A DNA stretch of 62,968 nt, counting the filler, from Chiloscyllium plagiosum (taxonomy: Eukaryota), in the NCBI RefSeq assembly GCF_004010195.1. It is 3 parts of one record of this genome, joined end to end, with 100 filler letters (N's around TTAATTAATTAA, not from the genome) between each part and the next. Parts side by side here need not be neighbours in the genome. Positions count along the whole stretch, not along the records: positions 41,200 to 62,968 come from NC_057713.1; 2 more parts are not named here. One strand, written 5' to 3'. The translations under genes and the position numbers were made by a program. Below, in pieces: positions 50,950-62,968 of this stretch. Positions within the stretch are counted from its first letter, which is position 1, and the number at the start of each line of letters is the position of its first letter. A model generated the notes under the pieces. It was given only the letters and a program-made list of their open reading frames with translations, was not told the DNA's origin and ran no database searches.

Positions 50950-51890
50950 AATAGAAATGTCCTTCAAATAAATATTGGGAAAATGTAAATTGCTGTTTTT
51001 GGACCCCACTCCAAACCTTTTCCTTAAATCTTAACCCCACCCATCTCCCTCGTGACAGTCTGATTCACAACCTCAGTAACATACCTGACCTGCAATGAGC
51101 TTCCAAACTCATATTTGGGTTCCATGAAAACTCTTATTTTTACCTCAGTAATATTGCTCAACTTCACTTCTATCGCACCTCATCCACTGCTAAAAACCCT
51201 TATTAATGTCAGCAAAACTAAAGAGATGGTCATGGACTTCAGGAAGAAAGGAAGGACAAGGACATGCCCCTAATCGACATCAATAGAGCTGAGATGGAAA
51301 GCAATAGGTCCCTGGGAGTGAGGATATCAACAATTTGTCCTGGACCTCCCATGTAGAGGACACAACAACACCTTCTGTGGAGGCTAGGGAAATTCAGCAT
51401 TTCCATAAGGACTCTCACCAATATTTACAGATACACCATTGAGATCATATTTTCTGGATACATAATGGCCTGATATAGCAATGCTCTGCCCAGGACCATA
51501 AGTAATTACAGCAAGTTGTGAACACAGCCCAGTCCATCACACAAGCTAATCTTCCATCCATTGACTCCATCTACATTTCCCACTGCCTCTGGAACCTTTC
51601 ACTGTACTCAGGTACATATCACAATAACAATAAATCAAATCAAAATTATGTCTGTTATATCTGGACTTGACTACTACAACACTCTCCTGCTTGGTCTCTT
51701 ACATTCTCTACTGAGTAAACACGAGATAATCTAAAACCCTGCCAACCATATTTAAACCCACGTCAAATTCCATTCCCCTTTCTCTCTCACTGACATTGAC
51801 TCCTGTTTAAGAAATGGCTTGATTTTGAATTTCTTGTCCTTCTTTTCAAATCCTCCTTTTTCCCACTCCTCCAACATGATGTAACTAACA
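50950..51890 (+). mobile_element. L2 LINE RT C-terminal remnant
   Basis: Decayed LQINIGK, KTLIFYLSNIAQL and SGLDYYNTLLLGL motifs (cf. KTAYFHLRNIARL / SRLDYSNALLAGL). Confidence 0.65.
51205..51644 (+). mobile_element. Rex1/Babar-type LINE 3' fragment nested in L2
   Basis: NVSKTKEMVMDFRK, FYRYTIEII-like segment, LQQVVNTAQSI; AATAAA(TCAAA)n tail. Confidence 0.75.
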
Positions 51891-52110
51891 GGATGATTAA
51901 AGGGGAACAGGAGGTGTGGTACACCTGGATTCCAAACTACACTCAATAACATGCCACATAAACACTGAATTAGCAAGTTAAGGGATACAAAGTTGGTGGC
52001 AATAGGTTAGATTCAAGGCTGGCTAGCAGACAGAAAACAAAGAGTTGGCATGAACAAGACACTTTCAAATTAACAGGCTGACTCGTGGAGTATAGTGGAA
52101 TTATCAAGTA

Positions 52111-52382
52111 CAGTAGCGCCTCGACATATGAACAACCCCGCTCACGAACAAATCGGTTTACGAACAGGATTGTACATAAAATTTTGCTTCAATGTACGTA
52201 CGAAATTCAAGGTACGAACAAAGGTACGAATGCAAAAAGCCCGTGGTTTCATAGTCATTGTTCTGCTTTTCTACGCGCGCTTTGAATATCCGAACAACGG
52301 GAAAATTGATTCAGTTCACAAACTTTTCGGTTCGTGAAGCGGGTCCCGGAACGGATTAAGTTCGTAAGGTCGAGGCGCTACG
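52111..52382. mobile_element. Tigger/pogo-type MITE (272 bp) in a CR1 remnant
   Basis: TA flanks; TIRs CAGTAGCGCCTCGAC and GTCGAGGCGCTAC-G; internal TACGAA repeats; CpG-rich. Confidence 0.9.
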
Positions 52383-53534
52383 TATTTACATTCTACATTC
52401 ATCGCAAAGAGGAATAGACAGAGAGCTATGCACTCAAGTCTATTGATGTTACAAAGCGAGGTCGAAAGGTAAAATGTGGAAGATCACAAAGACTGCAAAG
52501 AGATATAGTCAGATAAATGAATGGGCAACAAGATGTCAGGTGGGGTATAATGTGCAGAAGTGAGAGCTTATTTATTTTAATTGGAACAACAGAAAAGCAA
52601 TGGCTAAAACTTTGGACATGTTCTGACTGACACCAGAGTGAGAAGTGCCCTTTACCTGCGATGCCTCCTACAGCCCCCCTTCCAAACATTGGCTGCTCCA
52701 TCACCAAAAAGCATACATAGGGCAAGCAAAGTTGTACCCACCATGATGCCAGAGATGTTGGTGATGCCTGTTCCAGACAACAGCAAACAGCTTTGAGATT
52801 TACACCAAACATTGGATAAAATCTCGGCAGCACTTTTTGTAGCTTTTTATTTGTCCTGATTCTTGCAAACATTTAATGTTATCGTTATTGATTAATTTTA
52901 TATGAAATAATTTTCTTAATTTTTTTTAACATTGTTATTTGATCATTTTCAGTGTAATTACTTTTTCTTCCTTAAATGCAATGATTCTTAGGGCATGAAA
53001 GTAGTTGAATGACATCAGTTGACACAATGTGGTGGGTAAGATAGGACGCATCTGGAGTGGCGGGGGAACTTAATGATTGGGTACAAGATGGCAGATCAGT
53101 AGATTAGAGGGGGAACAACTGGTGATAGAGTGGCAGATAGGTGAGGGGGTAGTGTGGGTCAGGCAGAGTTAGGTCGTTGTCAGGGGCTTGGTGTTGGGAG
53201 GATGTAGATTTTAAAGGGTAGAGATAGATGGATGGAAGTGAGGGGAGACCAGATTGTCAGAGATAAACCATTAGCTTTATAGTTACCAAGGAATTAATGC
53301 AAGTTTTTATGCCTCTAGTGTTTCCCAGGTAACTATTCAGATAGACAATTAGGGAAACTTTGATTTTACCTCAGAGCTCGTGACTTTGATGAAGTGTTCC
53401 ACGTGCTGGATAATCTTCCTGGGCAATTCCATGGTAGTGACATGCGTTGAGGTATCTGATGGTCCTGATGGACTTTTCCAATCAATGTTCCTGCAACCAG
53501 CAGTTCACTCCCAGAGTCTCTGAAAAGCTTGAAA

Positions 53535-54170
53535 CAGCATAAGAACAGTACAGCACAAAAACAGGTCCTTCAGCGCCCTCCCCCCAAGATACAGGATGCC
53601 TTCCTAAACTAAAAGCTTCTGTCTCCAAGCAGTCCATACCCCTCTATTCCCTGCCTATCCCTGTACCCATCAAGATGCCTCTAAAATGGGGCTATTGTAT
53701 CCACCTCCATTCCCTTCACTCAAAGTTCATTCTAAGTGCTTACCACCCTCTGTGTAAAAAAACCTGCCTCTCACATCACCTTTAAACTTACGTCCCATTA
53801 ATTGATATTTCTACCCTGGGATAAAGACTTGGTGACTATTCATTCTATTGCACTGTCTCTCATCATTTTGCAAACTGGTCGCCCATCACTCTTCAATGTT
53901 CAAGTAAAAACAAACCAAGTTTGTCCAATCTCTCCTCATAGCTAATACCCTCCAAACCAGGCAACATCCTGGTAAACCATTTCTGCATCCTCTCCAAAGC
54001 CTCCACATCCTTCTGACAGTGTGGCAACCAGAACTGTACACAATATTCCAAATGAGGCCAAACTAAAGTTTTGTACAGCTGCAACATAACTTGCCAATTT
54101 TTATACTCTACACACTGATCAAAGAAAGCAAGCATGCTCTATGCTTTGTTGACCACCTTATCCACTTGCG
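53535..54170 (-). mobile_element. CR1 3' fragment
   Basis: LYKTLVWPHLEYCVQFW..FTRMLPGLEGISYEERL. Confidence 0.92.
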
Positions 54171-54177
54171 CTGGCTG

Positions 54178-54545
54178 TTCAATAAGAACACTTGACAATG
54201 TGTCCACTGTACTTAGATATTTTCCTTGGTCATGCACTATTGCAGTTTCATACTTCAGTCGTCTTAATTGAAAACTCAGTGAAATCTCCACCGGTTCTTC
54301 ATCAATTGTTTGCAATCTGTTCCATTGGAAACTAAGACATAATCTGAAAATTTTTTGCATGCCCTTGTAGCTGCCAATATTTTCATTTTGAATACTGTGT
54401 ACTTTTGCTCTGTTTCCATCAAGGACTGGTCTATGTTTTTCGTCTTTGGATTTGAAAAATGACTGTGCCTTATCCAGTGAACAAGTCATCTGTTGCTAAA
54501 GTAGTTGATAATTCTGAGATGTAGTGAGCCAGCATGTCTGGTAAA
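54178..54545 (-). mobile_element. Gypsy/Ty3 pol RNase H remnant
   Basis: LAHY..TTLATD..TG*GTVIFQ; ETEQKYTVFKMKILAATRACKKFSDYVL; FQLRRLKYETAIVHDQGKYLSTVDTLS (cf. QRYAxIEKEALAxTWACEKF and HVPGKxLxTADTLS). Confidence 0.8.
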
Positions 54546-54659
54546 AGCAGAATTACCTTTATTTTCTCAAATGATGTCTATAAACGCTTGTACCAAAACC
54601 ATTTTTTTTTGCTTTCAGATGCTTGAAAGCCTTTAGAATTCCCTTTAGAGTTATTGTGT

Positions 54660-56660
54660 CATTGAATTAGCACAAAACAGGCCCTTCGGCCAAACTTGTT
54701 CATGCTAACCAGGTTTTCTAAGCTGAACTATTTCCATTTGCTTGTGTTTGGCCCGGGCCGCCTACTTGCAGAACGTTTCAGAGAACACCTCTGGGACACC
54801 CGCACCAACCAACCCAACCACCCTGTGGCTCAACACTTCAACTCCCCCTCCCACTTCACCAAGGACATGCAGGTCCTTGGACTCCTCCATCGCCAGACCA
54901 TAGCAACACGATGGCTGGAGAAAGAGCGCCTCATCTTCCAACCACAAGGGATGAACTCAGATTTCTCCAGTTTCCTCATTTCCCCTCCCCCACCTTGTCT
55001 CAGTCCCAACTCAGCACCACCTTCCTAACCTGCAATCTTCTTCCTGACCTCTCTGCCCCCACCCCCTCTCCGGCCTATCACCCTCATCTTAACCTCCTTC
55101 CACCTATCACATTTCCAACGCCCCTTCCCCAAGTCCCTCCTCCCTACCTTTTATCTTAGCCTGCTGGACACACTTTCCTCATTCCTGAAGAAGGGCTCAT
55201 GCCCGAAACGTCGATTCTCCTGCTCCTTGGATGCTGCCTGACCTGCTGCGCTTTTCCAGCAACACATTTTCAGCCCATATCTATCTAAACCTTTCCTATT
55301 CATGTATCTGTCCAAATGTCTTTTAAATGTTATAAATGTTGCAATTCCCACATTCTCTGGCAGCTCATTATGTACATGCATCACTCTCTGTGGGAAAACT
55401 TACCCCTCAGGTCCCTTTTAAATCTTACCCCTCTCACCTTAAAACATGCCCTCTAATTTTTGACTCCCTTACCCTGAGGAAAAGACCTTTGCTGTTCACT
55501 TTATCCATGCTGCTCTTGGTTTTATAAATCTCTATAAGGTCACCCCTCAATCTCCTATACTCCAAAGAAAAAACCCACAACCAACAATATTGCACTGAAG
55601 ATGTTTGTAGAGTCATACTGAATAGAATCATTCCCTTCAGTCCAACCAGTCCATGCCCACCATAATCCCAAAATAAACTAGTCCCCACCTGCTTGCACTT
55701 GACCCATATCTCTCCAAACATTTCTTATTCATGAATTTATCCAAATGTTTTTTAAATGTTGTATCTGTACCCACATCCACCAATTCCTCTGGAACTTCAT
55801 TCCACACATGAACCACTCACTGTGTAAAAAGGTTGCTCATGTCTTTTTAAATCTTTCTCCTATCATCTTAAAAAAATGCCCCCAGGCTTCAAATCCTCCA
55901 CCTTGGGGAAAAGACACCTGTTATTTACCCCATCCATGCCCCTCATGATTTCATAAACCTCTATAAGGTCACCCCTCAGCCTCCTACACTCCAGTGAGAA
56001 AATGTTCCAGCCTACCCAGCCTCTCCTTCTAACTCAAACCCTCCAATCTCAGTGGCATCCTGTTAATTTGCATCTGAACCCTCTCTAGCTGAATAATATC
56101 CTCCTATTGTCGGGTGACCAGGACTAGACAGTATCCCAGAAGAGGCCCCAACAATATCCTATACAACTACAACATAAATTCCCAATGTTCCAACATAACC
56201 ATTTTATTTATATGTGATGCAAACTTTAAAGAATTATGTACCTTAACCCCTGGGTCTGTCTGTTCTACAAAACTACCCAAGGCCCTACCATTAATTGTAC
56301 CAGGTCCTGCTCATTTGTTTCACCAAAATGTAATAACTCACATTTGTCCAAATTAAACTCTATCTGCCACTCTTCACCCAACACAAATTGACCATGAAAC
56401 CCTCCAGTCTTAGTAACATCCTGGGAAATCTTTTTGGCATTCTTTCCAATTTAATAACATCCTTCCTATAGCAGGGTGACCAGAATGTATACTCTTTAAG
56501 GAAGAGAGAGATAGATTCTTGATGACCCAAAGGGATAAATGATTGTCAGGAAAATACAAGAACGCAGAGTTGAGGTTAAAATCAGATCAGCTTTGCTCTT
56601 ATTGAATGGCAGAACAGCCTGGAAGGGCCAAATGGCCTCTTCTTGCTCTTATGTCTCAAT
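54660..56660 (-). mobile_element. Stacked CR1 3' fragments
   Basis: Several RRLRGDLIE/TRGH segments and CR1 tails; the last (about 56495-56660) is on the + strand. Confidence 0.8.
54755..55273 (+). mobile_element. Neptune-type PLE 3' fragment with hammerhead (55185-55212)
   Basis: GRLLAERFREHL..VAQHFN; CTGAAGA-A-GGGC-TCAT-GCCC-GAAAC-GTC. Confidence 0.92.
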
Positions 56661-57714
56661 GTTACCCATGTTTGACCTAATGGCATTGGACTTCTTGGGG
56701 TTTAAGTTAATACTGAGCATTCCCAGAACAACGCCAACTGTCGATCACTGTGCTGCCACCTCTGGTGGGCCAGGACATATCCGGGATGGTGTTGGTGGTT
56801 GGGACATCGTCTGGAAGGTTCGGTTCTGTAAGTGAGATTATATCAGGCTATTGCTTGACTACTTTATGGACCAGCTCTCCCAATTTTGGCAAAACCACCT
56901 CACGCCCATCCAAAAGCTCCCCAACCCCCCATTCTTTATGTTCCCCATAACGAACATTCATGAAGCTATATCTATTTACAATCTATCAACCACACTACAG
57001 AGCATTTGAGTGATGCTACTCGAGACAGTTTGCATAAATTGCATCCAGCAATCTTAGTAAAATACAATCCATAACTAGGGTTCACTGCATTATTGCACAA
57101 TTTCTTTTATATATTGAAATACCTCCTCACATAAACTACAAAAAGTCAACAGGAGGCGATGATAACAAATGTTTTTAAGCACCATAATTCCCATAGCAAT
57201 TATCAATCTTAGTAACAACAATTCTCCCTGCCTGTAGCTTGTCCAAACGTTATTAATGCCTAACGGTGTTGAATTCCCAAGTGTTAGTTGCTAAGAAATC
57301 AGTTGGTCGGTAATAGACTCTATTAGAATACTTCAGAACAGAAGCAAAGTGCTATGGAAGCTGGAAATCTGAATCCACAGAACTGCAAACACTGGGAACA
57401 GTCTGGTTAAACTTCTTAAACCAATGACTTTTCCATCGGTTTGGAAAGTCACAGAACTGAAACATTGACTTTTTCTATCCCCACACACTGTCAGATCCTG
57501 TATTTCAGGCATTTGCTGTTCGTATCTTTGTAAATAATACCCACTGCTTTGTGATTTTTTTTGTTCACCTGTGGGATGTGGGTATTGTTGGCATTTACTG
57601 CCCATCCATAGTTGCCCTGGAGAAAGTTGTGGTGAGCATCTTGAACGGAGAGTACAGGGGTGGCATTCGTTTCCCATTTTCGGGCCAGTTTTAGCATATT
57701 ACACCCATCTTAGC

Positions 57715-59283
57715 AAGATTTGAGAAGATAATGTAGCTCAGGTTGAGCTTTTGGATGTAGGTTTGCTCGCTGAGCTGGCAGGTTCATTTCCAGACGTTTT
57801 GTTACCTTAATAGGTAACATCTTCAGTGGGCCTCAGGTGAAGCAATGCTGAAGGTTTCTGCTATTTATCTGTTTGGGTTTCTTTGGGTTGGTGATGACAT
57901 TTCCTGTGGTGAGGTCACATCCTGTTCCTTTTCTCAGGGGGTGGTAGATGGGGTCTAACTCGACGTGTTTGTTGATAGAGTTCCGGTTGGAATGCCATGC
58001 TTCTAGGAATTCTCGTGCATGTCTTTGTTTGGCTTGTCCTAGGATGGATGTGTTGTCCCAGTCAAAATGGTGTCCTTCCTCATCCGTATGTGAGGATACT
58101 AGTGAGAGAGGGTCATATCGTTTTGTGGCTAGTTGATGTTCATGTATCCTGGTGGCTCGTTTTCTGCCTGTGTTTCCAATGTAGTGTTTGTTACAGTCCT
58201 TGCACAATATTTTTAAAATGACATTAGTTTTGTTCATTGAAAGACCCTATACAGCCAAGTTCATTAGCTGCTGTTTTAGTGTGTTGGTGGGTTTGTGGGC
58301 TACCATGATGCCAAGGGCTCTGAGTAGTCAGGCAGTCATTTCCGAGATGTCTTTGACTGAGTAGTCAGGCAGTCATTTCCGAGATGTCTTTGATGCGGGG
58401 GAGAGTGGCTAGGGTTTCTGGACATGTTTTTTTCTGCTTGTTTGGGTTTATTGCTGAGAAATCAGCAGACTGTGTTAATCGAATAGCCATCCTTTTTGAA
58501 TACACAGTATAGGTGATATTCCTCTGCTATGCGTAGTTCCTCTGTGCTGCAGTGTGTGTTGCCTCATTGGAGTAATGTTCTGATGCAGCTTTGTTTGTGG
58601 GTGTTGGGATGATTGCTTCTCTAGTTCAATATTTGGTCCGTTTGTGTTGTTTTTCTGTATATGTTGGTTTGAAGTTCCCCATTGGCTGTTCGCTTTACTG
58701 TGACATCCAGGAATGGCAGTTTGTTGTTGTTTTCCTCCTCTTTCATGAATTTTATGCCAGTAAGGAAATTATTGATGGTCTTGAAGGTTTCTTCTAACTG
58801 GTTTAGTGATGACAAAGGTGTCATCCATGTAGCGGATCCAGAGTTTGGGTTGGATGGTTGGCAGAGCTGTTTGCTCAAGTCTCTGCATTACTGCCTCTGC
58901 TAAGAACTATCTCTCACTAGTATCCTCACATACGGATGAGGAAGGACACATTTTTACTGGGACAACACAGCCATCCTAAGACAAACCAAACAAAAACATG
59001 CATGAGAATTCAGAGAAGCATAGAGTTCCGGTTGGAATGCCATCAACAAACACATCGAGTTAGACCCCATCAACCCTTGAGAAAAGGAACAGGAAGTGAC
59101 TTCACCACAGGAAACAATATTACCACAGGAAATGACATCACCAACCCAAAGAAACCCAAACAGAAAATAAAAAGCAGGAATTTTTAGCATTGCTTTGCAT
59201 GACGCCCACTGAAGATGTTACCTAGTAAGGTTACGAAACGTCTGGAAATGAACCTTTCAGGTCAGCGAGCAAACCTACATCCA
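57715..59283 (-). mobile_element. Penelope/Poseidon-type PLE, 5'-truncated, with inverted 3' copy
   Basis: RT IRYMDDTFV, LPFLDV, YRKTTQTD; GIY-YIG CKDCNKHYIGNTGRK..RIHEH..REFLEAWH; inverted duplicate about 58900-59283. Confidence 0.92.
59205..59245 (+). ncRNA. Hammerhead ribozyme motif of the Poseidon-type pLTR
   Basis: Stem I CCA/TGG; CTGAAGA (59209-59215); stem II GTTACC..GGTTAC; GAAAC-GTC; mirror copy at 57790-57830 (-). Confidence 0.75.
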
Positions 59284-59436
59284 GTCCAGGGGTCTTCAGT
59301 TAATGCTGTTTTTCCCTTTTGTATTAAGACATTTGAAAGGTTTGGTAAAGATGATTTCTATTGATGAGCACAAGACCACTAAATCACTAACAGCAGTGGA
59401 GAGATTGAAGAACTCGTAGGTGGGCTGAAAAATGCA

Positions 59437-61695
59437 GAAGTAGCAGGGTTGTTGTTATGGCTGATTTCAACTTTCCCAATATAGACTGGAACCTTTTAAG
59501 TGCAAATGGTTTGGATGGAGCCGTTTTTGTCAGGTGTTCAGGAGGGTTTCCTTACTCAGTATGTAGACAGACCGATGAGGGGAAAGGCCATTTTGGATTT
59601 GGTGCTCGGCAACGAGCCAGGACAGGTGTCAGATCTCGCAGTGGGAGAGCACTTTGTGAAAGTGATCACAACTGCCTCACATTTAGCATAGCCTTGGAGA
59701 GTGAAAGGAGCAGTTACCGGGGGAAGATGTTTAATTGGGGAAAAGCAAATTATGATGCTATCAGACAGGAGTTGGGAAGACTTGGAGCAATTGTTCCACA
59801 GAAAGGGCACAACAGACAAGTGGAGACTGTTTAAGAAGCAGTTGTTGCGAGTGATGCACGAATTTGTTCCCAAGACAGGTAAGAAGGGGTAAAATTAAGG
59901 AACCTTGGATGACGAGAACAGAGGAACTTCTCGTCAAAAGGAAGAAGGCAGCTTACATAAGGTGGAGGAAGCAAGGAGGGGGCACAAAAAAGACTTGGCA
60001 AGAAGGATTAGGGAGAACCCAAAGGCATTTTACTCATATGTGAGGAATAAGAGAATGATCAGGGAGAGGGTAGAGTCGATCAGGGATAGCATTGGGAACT
60101 TGTGTGTGGAGTCTGAGCAGATAGGGGAAGCCCTCAATGAGACTTTTGCTTTGGTTTTCACCAAGTAAAGGGAACTTGTTGTAAATGAAAACTTAGAGGA
60201 GCTAGGATACAGTCTTGACCAGATCAAGATTGATGAAGTTGATGTGCTGGAAATTTTGGAAAACATTAAGATTGATAAGTCCCCAGGGCCAGACCAGACT
60301 TATCCTAGGCTGCTCCGGGAAACGAGAAAGGAGGTTGCTAAGCCACTGGCGAGGATATTTGCCTCCTTACTCTCCACGGGAGTCGTACCGGAGGATTGGA
60401 AGGAGGCGAATGTTATTCCTCTTTACAAGAAGGGTAATAGGGAAATCCCTGGCAATTACAGACCAGTCTATGGTCAGCAAAGCTTTGGAAAGAATTCTGA
60501 GGGATAGGATTTATGACTATTTGGTAAAGCATATTGTGATTAAAGGCAGTCAGCATGGCTTTGTGAGGGGCAGGTCATGCCTCACAAATCTTATTGAGTT
60601 CATTGAGGAGGTGTCAAGACAGGTCGACGAAGGTCGAGCAGTGGATGTGGTGTATATGGACTTCAGCAAGGCATTTGATAAGGTTCCCCATGGTAGGCTC
60701 ATTCACAAAGTCAGGAAGTATGGGATACTGGGAGATTTGGCTATTCAGAATTGGCTGGCTGACAGAAGGCAGAGAGTGGTTGTAGATGGAAAGTATTCTG
60801 CCTGGAGGTCAGTGTTGAGTGGGGTCCCACAGGGCTCGGTTCTTGGGCCTCTGCTCTTTGTAGTTTTTATAAATGACTCAGATGAGGAGGTTGAGGGGTG
60901 GGTTAGTAAATTTGCAGATGACACAAAGGTTGGAGGTGCCGTCGATTGTATATAGGCTGCAGCATGGCATAGACAGGATGCAGAGCTGGGCTGAGAAATG
61001 GCAGACGGATTTCAATCTGGATAAATGTGAAGTGATGCATTTTGGAAGGTCGAACTCGAATGCTGAATATAAGATTAAAGATAGGATTCTTGGCAGTGTG
61101 GAGGAACAGAGGGATCTGGGTGTGTAAGTACATAGATCCCTCAAAGTTTCCACCCAAGTGGATAGAGTTGTTAAGAAAGCATATAGTGTTTTGGCTTTCA
61201 TTAACAGGGGGATCGAGTTTAAGAGCCAACTCCAGCTCTACAAGTCCCTGGTGAGACCACACTTATGTGTGGGTTGCGCTTCGGCGGGTCGGTGTGGACT
61301 TGTTGGGCCGAAGGGCCTGTTTCCATACTGTAATGTAATGTAATGTAATCTAATCATAATGAGTGGAATAGATAGTCAATAGCCAGAGACTCTTCCCCAG
61401 GGCAGGATTGACTGGTACAAGGAGTCATAGTTTGAAGATATTAGGAGGAAAGTATAGAGGAGACATCAGATATGGTTCTTTACGCAGAGAGTTGTGAATG
61501 CATGGAATATGTTTCCAGCTGTGATGGTGGAAGCAGAGTCATTGGGGACATTTAAGCGACTGCTGGACATGCACATAGGTAGCAGTGAGTTGAGGGGGCG
61601 TAGGTTAAGTTACTATATTTTACATTAGGATTAAATCTCGGCACAACATGGTGGGCCAAAGGGCCTGTTCTGTGCTGTACTTTTCTACTGTTCTA
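59437..61695 (+). mobile_element. CR1 ORF2 (endonuclease C-terminus, RT, 3' tail), 5'-truncated and frameshifted
   Basis: [74 protein letters not shown] 3' fragment at about 61266-61355. Confidence 0.95.
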
Positions 61696-61777
61696 CTGGG
61701 GCATCTGTTACCTTGCTCCAGGTCTTTGCTTTGGGAAGAACAGAACCTTTAAATTGAATAGGCCTATAATTGAAGGC

Positions 61778-61944
61778 AGAGGTAAAAACAATGACTGCAG
61801 ATGCTGGAAACCAGATTCTGGATTAGTGGTGCTGGAAGAGCACAGCAGTTCAGGCCTGTCCTCGGATGCTGCCTGAATTGCTGTGCTCTTCCAGCACCAC
61901 TGATCCAGAATCTGGTTTCCAGCGTCTGCAGCGATCTTGCCTGT
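61778..61944. mobile_element. Fold-back pLTR-only PLE derivative
   Basis: About 60-bp near-perfect inverted arms; 15-bp TSD CCTATAA(T/C)TGAAGGC at 61763-61777 and 61945-61959. Confidence 0.9.
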
Positions 61945-62197
61945 CCTATAACTGAAGGCTGACATTCTGCAGATGATTCAGGTACCTCTTACAATAAAAT
62001 TTGCTCAAAAACTATAGCTTGGCCAATGGCACTTTCTGGGTTTCACCTAAAGTGGTGTTAACCCTGTCAATTGGATGATTGAAAAGGATCATTACTACTG
62101 AATGTTTGTCAAAACTGCAGAGCCAAGCTGGTTAACATGATGCAGTTACTGAATCCCATAAAATACACACAGATGGAACTCTTATCAATGGGCTAAA

Positions 62198-62260
62198 TTC
62201 CTGCTCCTCGGATGCTGCCTGACCTGCTGTGCTTTTCCAGCACCACTCCAATCTTGATTC
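62198..62260 (+). mobile_element. Short PLE pLTR fragment
   Basis: TCCTGCTCCTCGGATGCTGCCTGACCTGCTGTGCTTTTCCAGCACCACT. Confidence 0.8.
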
Positions 62261-62750
62261 TAATATGTCACCATCTACCTGCACCATTTTGATTTACTGA
62301 AGATATTAAGATACAAGACTTAAATAAAAGTAACAACAGAGTCATCATCCTCCCTTCTTGTGCTTTGCTTGACATTAGCCAGGGGTGGGAGTCACCAACG
62401 TCCCCATGTCATAGTCCGTTCCAAGATGGCTAATTTGGGTCTACCACATTGCTGCAGCAAAAGCCCAATATCTCCAATTCTGATGCCACCTTTGCTGCCA
62501 ACTTCACAGTGATGCCCATTCCACAATTGCCAGCACCACACCCAACCACCATCAACAATCCTCAGGCACCATTTTTCACCACTCGGTGTAGCTTGCTGAC
62601 ATCACCTCTGCTGATGTAGCAGCCACTGATACCATATGTCATGCTCATCCCTCCACCAACTCCTCTGCCAACATCTTATCAGAATGCTCCACCACAAATT
62701 CACACTGGCTTCAGTCGAGTCTGCTAAAGTATCTTTCTGGATTTTCCCGA

Positions 62751-62968
62751 GTACTCGGTAATGAACCGGGACAAGTGATGGGCTTGTTAGTGGGTGATCA
62801 TTTTGGTGATGGTGACCACAATTCTGTGACTTTCACCTTGGTTATGGAGAGAGATAGGTGCGTGCAACAGGGTAGGTTTTACAATTGGGGGAAGGGTAAA
62901 TACGATGCTGCAAGACAGGATCTGAGGAGCATAAGTTTGGAGCATAGGCTGTCAGGGAAGAATGTCGT
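62751..62968 (+). mobile_element. CR1 endonuclease C-terminal fragment, cut by window edge
   Basis: VLGNEPGQVMGLLVGDHFGDGDHNSVTF..YNWGKGKYDA. Confidence 0.88.

Noticed and set aside
60215..60955. 246-aa RT ORF as a functional or domesticated gene
   Set aside because: Part of a truncated CR1 with frameshifts, stops and a SINE insertion.

Overview
This is eukaryotic, transposon-saturated genomic DNA, most likely from a cartilaginous fish (shark): it carries HE1-type tRNA SINEs and HER1/CR1 LINEs that share a 3' tail. I cannot support any intact host protein-coding gene. Nearly all listed ORFs are decayed transposable element (TE) fragments, low-complexity read-through or N-gap artefacts. Contents: many CR1 LINE fragments (endonuclease, RT, ORF1 zinc finger, 3' tails); a second CR1/L2-superfamily LINE with its partner SINE; L2 and Rex1/Babar remnants; at least two lineages of Penelope-like elements (PLEs; RT plus GIY-YIG) whose terminal repeats (pLTRs) carry minimal hammerhead ribozyme motifs; short fold-back pLTR-only insertions with 11-15 bp target-site duplications (TSDs); Tigger/pogo-type MITEs; two solo LTRs and a Gypsy RNase H remnant; Harbinger transposase remnants; and a 2.8-kb 42-bp minisatellite that holds a 938-codon ORF. 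There are three sized N-gaps and two artificial 100-bp contig-join spacers. The most interesting items are the hammerhead-bearing fold-back mini-elements, the minisatellite, and a perfect 232-bp local duplication pasted into a SINE. TE boundaries were read by eye and are approximate unless a TSD or TIR is quoted.
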